A stretch of 64,000 nt of DNA from Azolla caroliniana (lineage: Eukaryota; Plantae; Polypodiophyta). Location: the NCBI GenBank assembly GCA_043228905.1, contig JBHGNT010000013.1, positions 868,001 to 932,000 of the forward strand, written 5' to 3'. The notes beneath the pieces are model-generated. The model was not told the DNA's origin. It did not search any database and saw nothing but the letters and a program-made list of their open reading frames with translations. Positions 12,425-23,769 of this stretch are shown piece after piece. A program made the position numbers and the translations under genes. Positions within the stretch are counted from its first letter, which is position 1. The number at the start of each line of letters is the position of its first letter.

Positions 12425-14830
12425 TTACGTCGCGGGTTCTCCGGCTTTGTCCTGTCTGGCGGTGAATGGGTTAGGTGGCGTAGCGCCCAGGTAAGGTTTA
12501 AGGCGGAACCCATTCACCTTTTGTCGTAAGACTTCCCCGGCCAGTGTGCCTAGTTGGAACGTGCCTTGATCCGCTCCTATTATCCAGTACAGGCATGTCT
12601 AGCAGAATCGTAACTTCCCTGGCATATGGCCCATGCGGGTTTGGAAAACCAGTACCGCTCGACCGACCGTGAAATCCTTTTCCTGTGCGTTCCGATGTCG
12701 ATCCACAAACGCTTTACGCCGTCGTTGTTCCTGCTCCAACACAGCTATGCTATGTACACGTTTTTCGCCGAGTTCGAGTAGCTAGTGGAGTCGTACCCCC
12801 TCCGACTTGACTTCCGATAGTCGGTCTCGTACCTGAATCCGTAAACTAGGTATCTGAAACTCTACCGGCATCACGGCCTCCAGCCCAAACGCTAGTCGAA
12901 ACGGTGTTGACTATATGTTTGTTTTGTAGCTGGTTCTATACGCCCATAACGCGCTCTGTAATTTGGTATCTCAGTCCGTTCTATTTTCATTGACGATTTT
13001 CTTTAAGATGGTCTACAACGTCTTGTTGGTGGATTCCGCTAACCCTTTCGCCTGTGGATAATATGGTGTACTCTTCTTGTGGACTATGGCGTAATGTTGT
13101 GTTAGTTCTCGAACAACCGTATTGAGAAAGTGGCTCCCCTGGTCACCGATAAGCTCAATCGGACAGCCGAACCGACACCAAATATGCTCGTAAAGGAATC
13201 TCGTTGTGATGGTTGCCGTATTTTCTCGTAGTGCCTTTGCTTCTACCCACTTGGTGCAATAATCCGTGGCTACCAATATGTATTTATTGCCCGTACAGGC
13301 TGCCACCGGTGTGAAGGGACCCACAAAATCCAATCCCCACTTTTGGAAGGGGTCTAACGATAATACGGGCTGGTGTGGCATCCTTGCGCCCTCCGTGGGC
13401 TGGCCCATCCATTGACACAAATCACACTTTCTACAATACTCGTATGCGTCCTTCTATGTTGTCGGCCACCATAGGCCCGCCTGCCATATTTTCCGGGCTG
13501 TAACATCACCCGCGTAATGGTCGCCTGTCGTGCCGCAGTGAGCCTCCCGTAAGACTGCTTCTTTCTCATCCTGACGTACCTCGCGTCGCCAAATGCCATC
13601 ACTTTCTTTGTGATATAAAATTCCTTCTACCAAGCAAAAGTTACGGCTCTGAACGGCTAATCATTTCTTCTCGTCCGTGCGTAATTGTGGTGGAGGCAGT
13701 CCTGTAGTCAAAAAGTATGTCATTTCCATAAGCCACCGGTCCGGAAAGGTCGATTCCATTCTTTTTGCTAGTGCTGCTACCCGCAGAATGTCGGCATCCG
13801 GAAAGTCGTCGTCATCCTTTTGTATTGTTTCTACATTATCGAGTCTGCTCAAAAAATCAGCCACTGCGTGTTGCGTCCCCGGGCGGTGCTGAATTACAAA
13901 ATCGAATTCTTGAAGCAGCAGCATCCATCGCGCCAATCTCCACGTCAGGGCTTGTTTCTCCACCAAATACAATAGTGTCGAATGATCCACGTGGAACGTT
14001 CGTCGGAACGTACGCGGTGGTTGTTGTTGGTCCCGGCGTGGTTCTTGGTGTCGCTCATCGCCCGAGCTTTCATCATATCGCTGGTGGTCTCGATATTGCC
14101 ACTGCTTCCCACGATAACCATTGAAGCCGCCATGTTTGTTTGTCGACCGGTGATTCTCATAGCGCCGGCCCCCTTTAGCATAACTCAGGGGACCACGATA
14201 ATCCTCATCCTCTAGCTCATCTTCCTCGGAATCATTGTGAGTTCGGCAATTCCGGTGGTGCCAGTCGTCACATGGGTTGCGATCCACATACCGTGGTCGG
14301 TCTTCTTGCCTCCTTTGTTCAGTACGCCGTGGGGGACGCTGTGTGTCCATGCTGCGTACTGTGGGAGCGGCTCTATTCAGCATATTGTATTCGCATTGTT
14401 CGACTGTGTGAGCCTTCAAGTGGCAGATTGGGCAGTGGATTCGCATGTTGCACTCCACTGCGGAATGCCCCGAGTTCAAGCAAATTGTGCACTGGATTGC
14501 TTGATGAAACTGTCGTTCCTCGTCTTGGGGTAACGCTTGTCGTAATGAGGACATAGAAAACCTTTCCTCCTCCTCGTCCAACTCGAGTTGTAACGCTCGT
14601 TCAATGACCACATCCGTCGTTTCCCCTTTCACGCTATTGTTGTTGAGCGTTGTCCGTATGGGTCGGCGTAATGCTGCCAGAAATGTTAACCCGAACTCCG
14701 TCATTTTGGATTGGTGCGCTATCGCCTCAAAAAGGCTCTACGCCATGTGGTTTGCATTCCAGACATTGAGGAACATGCGAATATGAGTTGCGGCGTCGGT
14801 TTCGCCGTTAAAGCGAGGATAGGCAAAGGC
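12425..14830 (-). pseudogene. Element C gag-(deleted PR/RT)-RNase H C-terminus-integrase remnant
   Basis: ORF 13661-14704 fuses gag to TFHVDHSTLLYLV...LARWMLLLQEFDF. Integrase ORF 13013-13420. Confidence 0.85.
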
Positions 14831-15628
14831 CATGATGGGGGCTACGGCAGGTCGGGAAAGACCACAGTGTTGTTGTGCTGAGCGTGCTCCCCGCGTATCG
14901 TCGAGGTAGTTGGAGAGCGGAAAATCACCTTTGTGATCACGCCAGGTAGTGTTGGGGTCGCTAAGGCGAGGCTTCTATCGCGCGCGGTCCTCTGCCTAGC
15001 GTGTGATGGACCTTGTGATTGGCCGGTCTGGTCGTGTTGGTTCTCTGGGGCGTTTGCGGCTAAACATCCATTCGTTGTTGTTCGTCCGTGAGAAGACACA
15101 GATCACCAAGCGTGCCAAAAGTGTTGCCGATTAGGAACACGGTCTACGGTCAGTCCTTCGACCTAGACCTCCAAGTGACTGTGAGACAACGAATGGTGGC
15201 GTCTGTGTGTAATACGTAGGGGAATGTTCCCCGTAATCTAGCAGCATAAAAGGGAGACGGCTACAACCAAACTCCTTAACAGTGGCTACACACTCACGTT
15301 GCTTACTTCTACACTCTTAGGTATTACAGACACACAGTATATTAGTCGTAGCTATACACAGATATCAGAGAAGATAGAATTCTATTACGATACGCTTCTT
15401 TACATTCCAAAATTACACGCTACCTCTATCAGAGGTTTTCTGCCCTTTATATACGCAGGGTCTTTTAGCCACGCTTCCCCCGTGAACCGTTACATGCATT
15501 ACAATCTATATTATTCCCTATTCCTGCGCTCTTGTCCGTCGGTTACTATTCCGGCGGACAACAAAGAACCAACGTGAGACCCAAGAGACGGAAGGTGTCG
15601 GCGAGGAGCCGAAGGTCGAAACAAATTA

Positions 15629-16495
15629 ATGGCAGATGGCCACGTCGAGGATTCCTTCACACAAGTTCCGGAGACTTGGGCAGTTGCAGAGAGCCAACGT
15701 GTGACCCAAGAGATGGAAGGTGGTAGCAAGGGGAAGGACCAAGATGGTGTGCACATCGAGGCGAAGATAGATATGGATGAGTCGATGGTGAATGATGGCA
15801 GTGACAAGACTTTCCCCTCACTGGTTCCAAAGACTTGGGCAGTTGCGTCCGAGAACCAACAGAAGACCCAAGAGACAGAAGGTGGTAACAAGGGGGAGTT
15901 CCAATCTAATGTGAAAGATCACATCAAGACAAAGGTGTCGAAGACGATTGACCAAAGAGAAATGGATTCCTTCGCACATGTTCTAGAGACTTGGGCAGTT
16001 GTGGTTCAAAGCCAACGTGAGACCCAAGAGACAGAAGGTGATGGCGGGGAAGCAAAGGTTCAAGCCAACGCAAATAACGATGTTGGGGCGTGGCCGACAA
16101 ATACATATGGATCTCTCCACACTCATTCTGGAGACTTGGGCATTAACCGATGTAAGACCCAAGAGAAGGACAGTGACGACGAGGAAGCAAGGGTCGAAGC
16201 TTATGTGTGGGGGAAAGACTCCAAGCAAAGCACAACAAAAAAAGACGAGGGCCAAGTGGGCCAAGATGATTTGAAGGGTATTCCTCAAGATATTGATGTA
16301 ACATTCAACTTGAAGGTGGACATTATCATTAAGATTGAGGAATCGATGGAGAACTCTAACATAAGAAGAAACCACAAAGATGGACGAATTGGGAAGCATG
16401 AAAAATGGTCGCGTAAGGATCTCGACGTGGGCATACACTTGAAGATACTACATGGGGTATTCAATGCCATTATTCAAATAATGACTTGTGGATGA
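15629..16495 (+). other. Unknown repetitive ORF in the 3' internal region of B2 (VPETWAV...Q..TQE.EGG repeats)
   Basis: 288-aa ORF with three clear and further degenerate copies of a ~25-aa motif; no recognisable pol domain. Confidence 0.5.
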
Positions 16496-19400
16496 AGACC
16501 GAAAACAAAACTGCATGATGGGTCAAAGTGCCTTGACCAAGGAGATGGTCGAGACAAAGGTGGAACATGCATAAAGCCTAAAGAGTTATATTTGAAAGGA
16601 GAACAAGGGGCCATGACAACTAGTCATGGTAAAGCAAAGAAAAAGCGAATGATTTGGTGGATTGGGTGGCGACAATGGTTCATGCTCAAAATGGAGGAAT
16701 CGAACTAATCACCGTAGCTGAAATCTCTCACTCTCTCTTCTTGGCACGTACCGGAGGACGTGCGGTTTGGTGGGGGTGGATGTCGTGAAGATTTTCGGCA
16801 ACGGTGTGAAATTTGTGTGCAACGAACGAAATCGAGAAGATGCAATGTGTGCGTGTGTGAAAGGGGTGAAGGTCACACGCATATGTTAGCATGTTGTAAA
16901 TAAGACTGAAATGAGAATCGTAAAAGAAAAGCTAGATGTAAAGTTAAACATGTGCACGTGTGATGTGCGCTCAATTGTAAATATAGAAAATAAGACTAAA
17001 GCCTAGTAACATCTAACTGCATACATAGGGTGGAAGCAAGGCTTGAACCTTGCACCTCCAAGGTAGGAGACAAATTAACTTACCACTAAAGACACTACTG
17101 AGTGCTTAAGAATTTATATTCTTTTCATATATCAGTATTTTGTACGAAGCAAACATATAGAAACCATGGGCGCAAAACCATGGTTTTAGCTCGTGGTTTC
17201 AGCCCATGGTTTTAGCCCGTGGGTTTAGCCCATGGTTTTTGCATGGAGAGACCTATAAATGCCTATAGTTAGGCTTGTGTAAGAGGGAAGTGATGTAAGT
17301 AATAAATAAATAAAAACTTTTAATCAAAGATCTAAGTTATCCTAATGGTGATGTATCTGGTCTCATAAAACTAAAGTCAAGGGTTCAATCTCTATCTCAA
17401 ATCTCTCTCTCGTTCTCTCTCTCTCTCTCTTCATCCATCCATCTATCTTCAATACTTTCTCGCTTACGTTGCTAAAAACATCGAATCCTTCCCGTCCAGG
17501 ACCCCGGTGGTCCTGCTTCATTTCGCGAACACGCGAGGATTTCCTCGACAACGTTAGCCAACATGAATCGTCGGGGCCCCAAAGGAAAAGAACCCTTTAG
17601 ATGTGTGTGGTGCGATAGCATGGACCACATGAGAAGGGATTGTGCAAGCCTTCGAGACGCCATTCGACAAAATATTGTATAGATGGCAACATGATCTGCT
17701 CAAGTGAGACTAGAAGACCCCTGCGGGTGAATTTCGGAAGAGGGGGAATGAAGAAAGCCATGGAAGATGCCGAGGTGACTCATGTGGATGTGATGCACTA
17801 TGCTGCATTGGCCGAAATAAGAGTCGGGAAAGACAAAACTGAAGCTGCTAGAGCGGGAGCAAAATTTTGGTCTACCGTTCTTGAATATGAGAAGAAGGGA
17901 AAAGTCACTTCGAACGAGGTAGAGCTTGCGGACCAATGTGTGCAAAGTATAACCGGATGGTCGGATCCGTGGATGACAAAACGATACTCACGGAAGTGAT
18001 GTGTGACAACCACAAGGTGTTCGTGGATGAAAAGAGAAAAAGAATGGAAGAGCAAGGCCCATCAAAAAGACATGAAACAAGGAGCACGAAAAAGAAAGAA
18101 GATGCAAAGACGAGTCGAGCTTTACAAACGGGGGAAGGAGACTCAAGCCGAAAAGAGGAGTCGAGCAAACGAGTCGAAGAAACGGTTCAGCCGTGAGGGT
18201 TGATGTCGAAGACCCCGCTCGAAAGACAAGAACTATGCCTACCTATAAGCTAAGGTCGGACATAGAGCAGACGACATATCTGAAGAAGATTCTCAAGGAA
18301 CGTGTTCTTGATAACCACGTGACCTTGTCCTTGAGGGAATTGCTCGGCATTACGAAGGAGTTCCATGATACGATCGTGGACCTTGTAAAGAGAAAAAGAC
18401 AACAATTGGATGAGGAAGAAGAGAAGCCACTAAAAGCAAAAACAAATACCATAACGATGGCAAGGGACGAAGTCGATGAAGATATGGTGGACAGCCACTA
18501 TACTCAACCTCATTGGGCACGAGTGACAACGGAGGCGCCGGTGAAGATCGGGGAGAAGAAAGAGACATGTGGTAGCCTTGATCGACCATGGCTCAGAGAT
18601 CAACCTCATGTGAACCGAGTTCTACAAAAAAGGAAGATGGCCAATCAATACAAACCACGGATGGAAGATTCGAGCGGCAACAAAGGCCACGAAGGACTTG
18701 TACGGAGCTTGTCCCAATGTTAAAGTCATGATTGGGGATGTGGACATGGATCAACACTTCTTCGTGCAAGAATTGACTTCACATCTTGTCATCCTAGGAC
18801 AACCGTATATCACATCATCCCAGATGAAGGCCAAGGTGTTCGATAATGGAGCAGCCTTCGCGCGAGTCAAGACTCTTGACAATCAAAGATCTGTTCAATT
18901 CCTAACGGTGCGAGCTAATCATGAAAGAAATCGAGATAGCCTTGGAGGCGAATCCTCGTATTTTTAGAGCAGACTATTGAAGCATGGGGCACAAATAGTC
19001 CGAGCGATCACAAGTCCCCACAAGAAAGTAGAGCGCGTGGATTGGAAGGAGTGCCTCATTTAATGACACCATCGGCAAAATCGAGGAAGTCGTGGACTTG
19101 AGCTATCTTCATGATCAACACGTGATTTCGGTAAACTCTGTCAACATGTACGCTATCATCGATGAATATCATCAAGGCATCTTGATGGAGGAAGCTGGAG
19201 TCAACACAAAATATAAAACGGTGGATAGAAAGATCAAGCCAGGTGTGGTTCCGCTACCAAAAGATAGCTGGCAAAAGATGAAGGAAGTCGCTAATGATCA
19301 AAGCTTAAGGGATCCAAAGGCAATAGGTCATGTATTCACCAAAGAGAGGAAAAGAAAGGTACGAGTTGGAAAGGAGGATTTCCTCCTCCTTGAAGAGGAA

Positions 19401-21613
19401 CGAATGTTCCGCGGAATGCTTGAAAGACATGGGAAGGCTTTCGCATTTTTCCCACAAGAAATCGGATGTGCTGACGGAGGTTCGAAGGTTCCTTGGAGCA
19501 TGCGCGTTTTATCATATCTAGATTTTGCACTACGCTCATGTCGCCAAGCCATTATATGGATTGCTAAAGAAAAGAATGAAGTTCGAATGGCGAGGCAAGC
19601 ATACAAACGCGATGCAAAAATTGAAGAAACTACTTCTTGAAGCTCCAACACTAAGAAAGGTCGACTATACCGAAGGGAAACCGATTTATGTGACTGTAGA
19701 TACGAGCCCAACCGGAATCGGGTGGGTCATCAACCAAGAAGGAGAAGATAATGCAAAGTATGCCATCCAGTTCAGAGCAAAGGTTCTCAGCGAACAACAA
19801 CAAAGATACGCCCAAGTCAAGCGGGAACTTTGGGGTATTGTGTCTGCAGTGAAGATGGACAAAGACTACCTGGTCAGGTTGGAAGTGATAATTGAGCAAA
19901 TTGTCTCTCAATCCTTGGGATGATCTCAGGATGTGCTACATCAGATCTGGCTATGTTAAGGCAGATCGCCTATATCAAGTCTTTGAACCCAAAGATCCGC
20001 GACATTGCAACAAAGAAGAACGCCATGGCTGACATGCTGTCAAGGGCAAGATTTGAGAATGAAAGTGACATGGTTTCGGAAGATGAAGACGTCACCCTTG
20101 ACTTGTTCAAGATGGCTTGACTATCGGCGGAAGACAAGGGCACGCTAACCCTCCACACCTTCAACGAGAACGAGTACGAAGGAGAGTGGTTATTGATCGG
20201 CAGATTCTTAAGAACAATGACGGTGAATGCTTCATTGACGAAGGAGGAGGCTCTACGAATACGGAAGAAAGCTTACCAATACTTCTTGAAGGGAGGATTC
20301 CTCTGGCGACACCCAAAGAGAAGGACAGGAATGTCACGTCTAGTGGTGGTAAAGAAAGAAGAGCAAGTGACGCTGATGATTGAATTCCACGAGAGCCCTT
20401 GGGCAGGTCATAGAGGAACATGGGCGACGTTCGAAAAGTTGAAGGAGAAGTACTGATGACCAAGCATGTATAAAGATGTTCTCCATTTTGTGTCCATGTG
20501 CAAAACTTGCCAAGTACATTCGAACATACATCATCGTGATGAGTTACGACCAACATACCCACTCACCATACACTTCAAATGGATGGTGGATATGGTCTCA
20601 ATGCCAATGGGAGTGGGACAAATGAAGTACTTAGTTCTTGCAAGAGAAGACTTGACAAATCAAGTGGAAGGACAGGCCTTGGCAAATAAGATGACGTTAG
20701 CTGTTTGCAAATTTCTACTCGAAGAAGTTGTCTGCCAATACGGATGTGTGGGAAAGATAGTGGCCGATCGAAGGGAGTTGGATGCACACGAAGCAACAGA
20801 GCTCTTCGAACGACTAAGCGTGAAGCTCTCCCTCATGACTGCCTACAATCCAGAAGTGAATGGGAAGATTGAGCGAGGGTATGGACCAATCGTCAAAGCC
20901 ATCATACGAGCATGCAACGGTCGAGTCGGGAACTGGCCACGACTATTGCCCTATGCCTTGTGGACCGACAGAACAACACATAGTTCAGTGACAAGGTATA
21001 TGCCAACAGAGCTTATGTATGGATAGAAGCCGGTAATGCCAATCGAAAGGACGATCGCCTCATGGGTAGCGATACCATGGGAGAACGAGATGAGCCTAGA
21101 AGAATTACTAGTGACACGGATAAGGCAACTTGAAAGAAGGCCTAAAAATTTAGAAAAGCGCAAAAGATGATGGAGGCAACCCGAGTGAAGAACAAGATTC
21201 GGTTCAATAAGGCACATTGACTGCGTCCCAAGAATATCGAAGAAGGAGATTGGGTATTGGTCTACGATAGCAGCCTTGACAATCAACATAGGACAACAAG
21301 AAAGTTTGCAAGAAGATGGTTTGGACCATATGTGGTGACAAGTGCCAACGACAATGCCACATACCATCTTGTAGAGCTAGACGGATCAAGGTTGGCCATA
21401 CCCATTGTGGGAAAAAGAGTAAAGATTTTCAAGAAAGGACAAGACGAGGATCCTAACCTCGATCACCTCGACGATGAAGATAATAGGACTGAACCTACAT
21501 ACTTGAGTTATGTGAACGAGAACATGGAGGAATCTGATTAATCACCGTAGCTGAAATCTCATACTCTCTCTTCTTGGCACGTACTGGAGGACGTGCAATT
21601 TGGTGGGGGTGGA

Positions 21614-22757
21614 TGTCGTGAAGATTTTTGGCAACGGTGTGAAAATTACATGGAATGTACAAAATCAACTGTGGTTCTTCACACACAATATGAAACAATA
21701 ATAGTGAAGATACTATTTTATATTAATTTAATATCTTGGTACGAAAAGATGGATGTCTTCAAGAGCTTCCGAATGTACTTTACTACATTTGAAACGGACA
21801 ACTAAATGTCAAGTTATGTGAGTGTGAAGTTTGAGAAGAAGAAGAGAAAAACAAAATTGTGAGATATCCCACATAGATAAGAGAAATCGGGATCCCATAG
21901 TATATAAGCAGAGCCAGAACTTATTACTTTTTGTCTATGTGTGGAGTACAGAATGTTCAAGGTGACTTGGGCTAAACTATTTGGATGGATGGATGTGGCT
22001 TAACTACTCGTAATGGTTTTGGAGAACTGGACCGGATGGACGGTGACGGAACGTATCAGATGCGGATCGAACCGGTCGGGTCGGTTGAATAAGTTGATCG
22101 CGACGCATGATGTCTTGAAGATTTTTCGGTGTGAAATGAACAAAATTTTCTAACGATTCCATCGGTTCATTGGAGGTCAACTGAAGGTGTAATATGCAGT
22201 TAAACGTTTGTAAATACAAGACTAAAGCCTTGTAAAATTTTGTGTTTATGGGGTGTAAGTAAGAATTGAACCTTGCGCCTCCTAGACAAGAGACAATGAC
22301 TTACCTCTAAGCTAAGTCATGACTTCAAAGTTATACTTTTATCATTGTACTTTTCATATGTAAAATCTCATACATGAGAGCTTGGATGAGTGACATAGAA
22401 AACATGCATCGCATGCATTTCATGCATTACGTGCATGTCTTGCACCCTCCCATGCATCATATGCATGGGGGGATCTATAAAAGAATGGAGGTCAAGCAAG
22501 ATGAGACTAATGAAGAAATTGGGAAGAAATTAATAATAATAATAATAAACAAGTTATCCTAATGGTGATGTATCTTGTCTCTCAAATCTAAAGTCAAACG
22601 TTCAATCTTTATCTCAATCTCTCTCTCCGTATCAATCTCTCTCAATCTATCTTAAATACTTTCTCGCTAAAGCTAGTACAAACTTCAAAAATTTCCGGTC
22701 TAGGACCCCGGCGGTTCTGCCTCACGATCCGCACGTAGTGATAGATTTTTCACGACA
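21614..22757 (+). repeat. B1 3' LTR
   Basis: Direct repeat of 4175-5359, preceded by the PPT. Confidence 0.92.
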
Positions 22758-23316
22758 TTGTCTTCGAAGGATACCCTTTTACCAACAATTTTCTGTTGGT
22801 TCCATTGAGAGAAGATAGAGTCTTCATTGAAGCCTACGTCACTGCTCTAGATTAGTTTCCGCTTCTTTGGATCCCATAGTCAATAGCCGAAGTTCCCACT
22901 GGTTCCATAACCGAGAAATATGCATTTCATTGCATGGGGTGCCAACTTGGTCCTTTTCTCCCTGCGGATGAATACGTAAGCTTCGCATCCAAATACACGG
23001 AGCCTATCGTAGGTCGGCTGTTTGCCTGACCATAGTGCCTGATTGCTTTCGATGGTGAAAGATTTACTAGGTATACTATCGTCTACAATGCCTCGGCTCA
23101 GAACTCCAGCTTCAGTCCGGCTTGCTTGAGCATTGTCATCTCCCTCTCTTGGATCGTTCGGTTGATCCGTTCTGCCACTCCATTCTGCATGGGTGTGTAA
23201 GGAATGGTCTTTTGGTGTCGGATCCCTTTGTTGGACAAGTACTGTTTGAAGGCTCCAGAGGTATATTTTGCTACGTTGTCGGATCTAAGTGTCCTCACTC
23301 TGTATCCCGACCGATC
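22758..23316 (-). pseudogene. Host copia E, integrase core and C-terminal fragment
   Basis: RTLRSDN...GIRHQKTIPYTPMQNGVAERINRTIQE; YDRLRVFGCEAY; KCIFLGY. Confidence 0.9.
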
Positions 23317-23769
23317 TGTTACCGAGCGGTAAAGGAGTCCAGAGTGGGAAATAGAGAGTTAATTAAGTAGTAGGAATGTGGTTGTAATTAAGCTATGAGT
23401 GTGGACGGACGGACCGGAAACGGTATGTCGTTCCGGATCCGGACCGATCCCGAACAGGTGCGGATGGCACCGTTTTGTAATACAAACCGGAAACCTATTT
23501 AAAGGCCCGGATACAATGTAATAGTTAGCGGTTAATTAATGAAAGCGTTCTGTCTTAATTGTTATATCTTACGCGTGTGCTATGAAAGACGATCATAATA
23601 AGTAACTTAACCAAGTAGGATTAAGCGTTGAAGTCTAATCTGGTTGCCGTAACACCCTTTGGTGAAGTGTCTCCCGTAGACACCCTGTGTTAGGCCATTG
23701 TCCGGCCCGAAGAGTTAACACAGTTTTTGGCGACCACGATTCCTGTTTTTGCAACGAACGACGGCACGG

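Larger units (their letters stand above)
8660..15563 (-). mobile_element. Gypsy family C element (LTRs 15122-15563 and 8892-9337) followed by the truncated start of a tandem second copy (8660-8891)
   Basis: Near-identical ~445-bp LTRs, TGTTG...CAACA. PBS TGGCACGCTTGG at 15106-15117, repeated at 8876-8887. Gag knuckles (CTICLNSGHSAVEC, CPICHLKAHTVEQC), RNase H C-terminus and integrase (FQKWGLDFVGP) homologous to family A. Protease and RT absent. Confidence 0.92.
6206..17550 (+). mobile_element. B-type gypsy element B2 (LTRs 6206-6969 and 16781-17550) nested in B1 gag; no pol visible
   Basis: Paired ~770-bp LTRs, TGTYGTGAAG...CTCGACA. TSD ATGT/ACGT; excision restores the B1 gag frame FEMVTLANMNRRG. 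Same PPT as B1 at 16768-16780. Gag homologous to B1 gag. Confidence 0.92.
4175..22757 (+). mobile_element. Ty3/gypsy family B element B1 (LTRs 4175-5359 and 21614-22757), interrupted by B2
   Basis: Paired ~1.15-kb LTRs ending CACGACA. PPT TGGTGGGGGTGGA at 21601-21613. TSD TCGT/TTGT. Gag at ~5430-6205 and 17555+ (knuckle CVWCDSMDHMRRDC). Protease LIDHGSEINLM near 18577. RNase H VDTSPTGIG/KRELWG. Integrase HESPWAGH..CKTCQ and WFGPY. Many stops and frameshifts. Confidence 0.92.
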
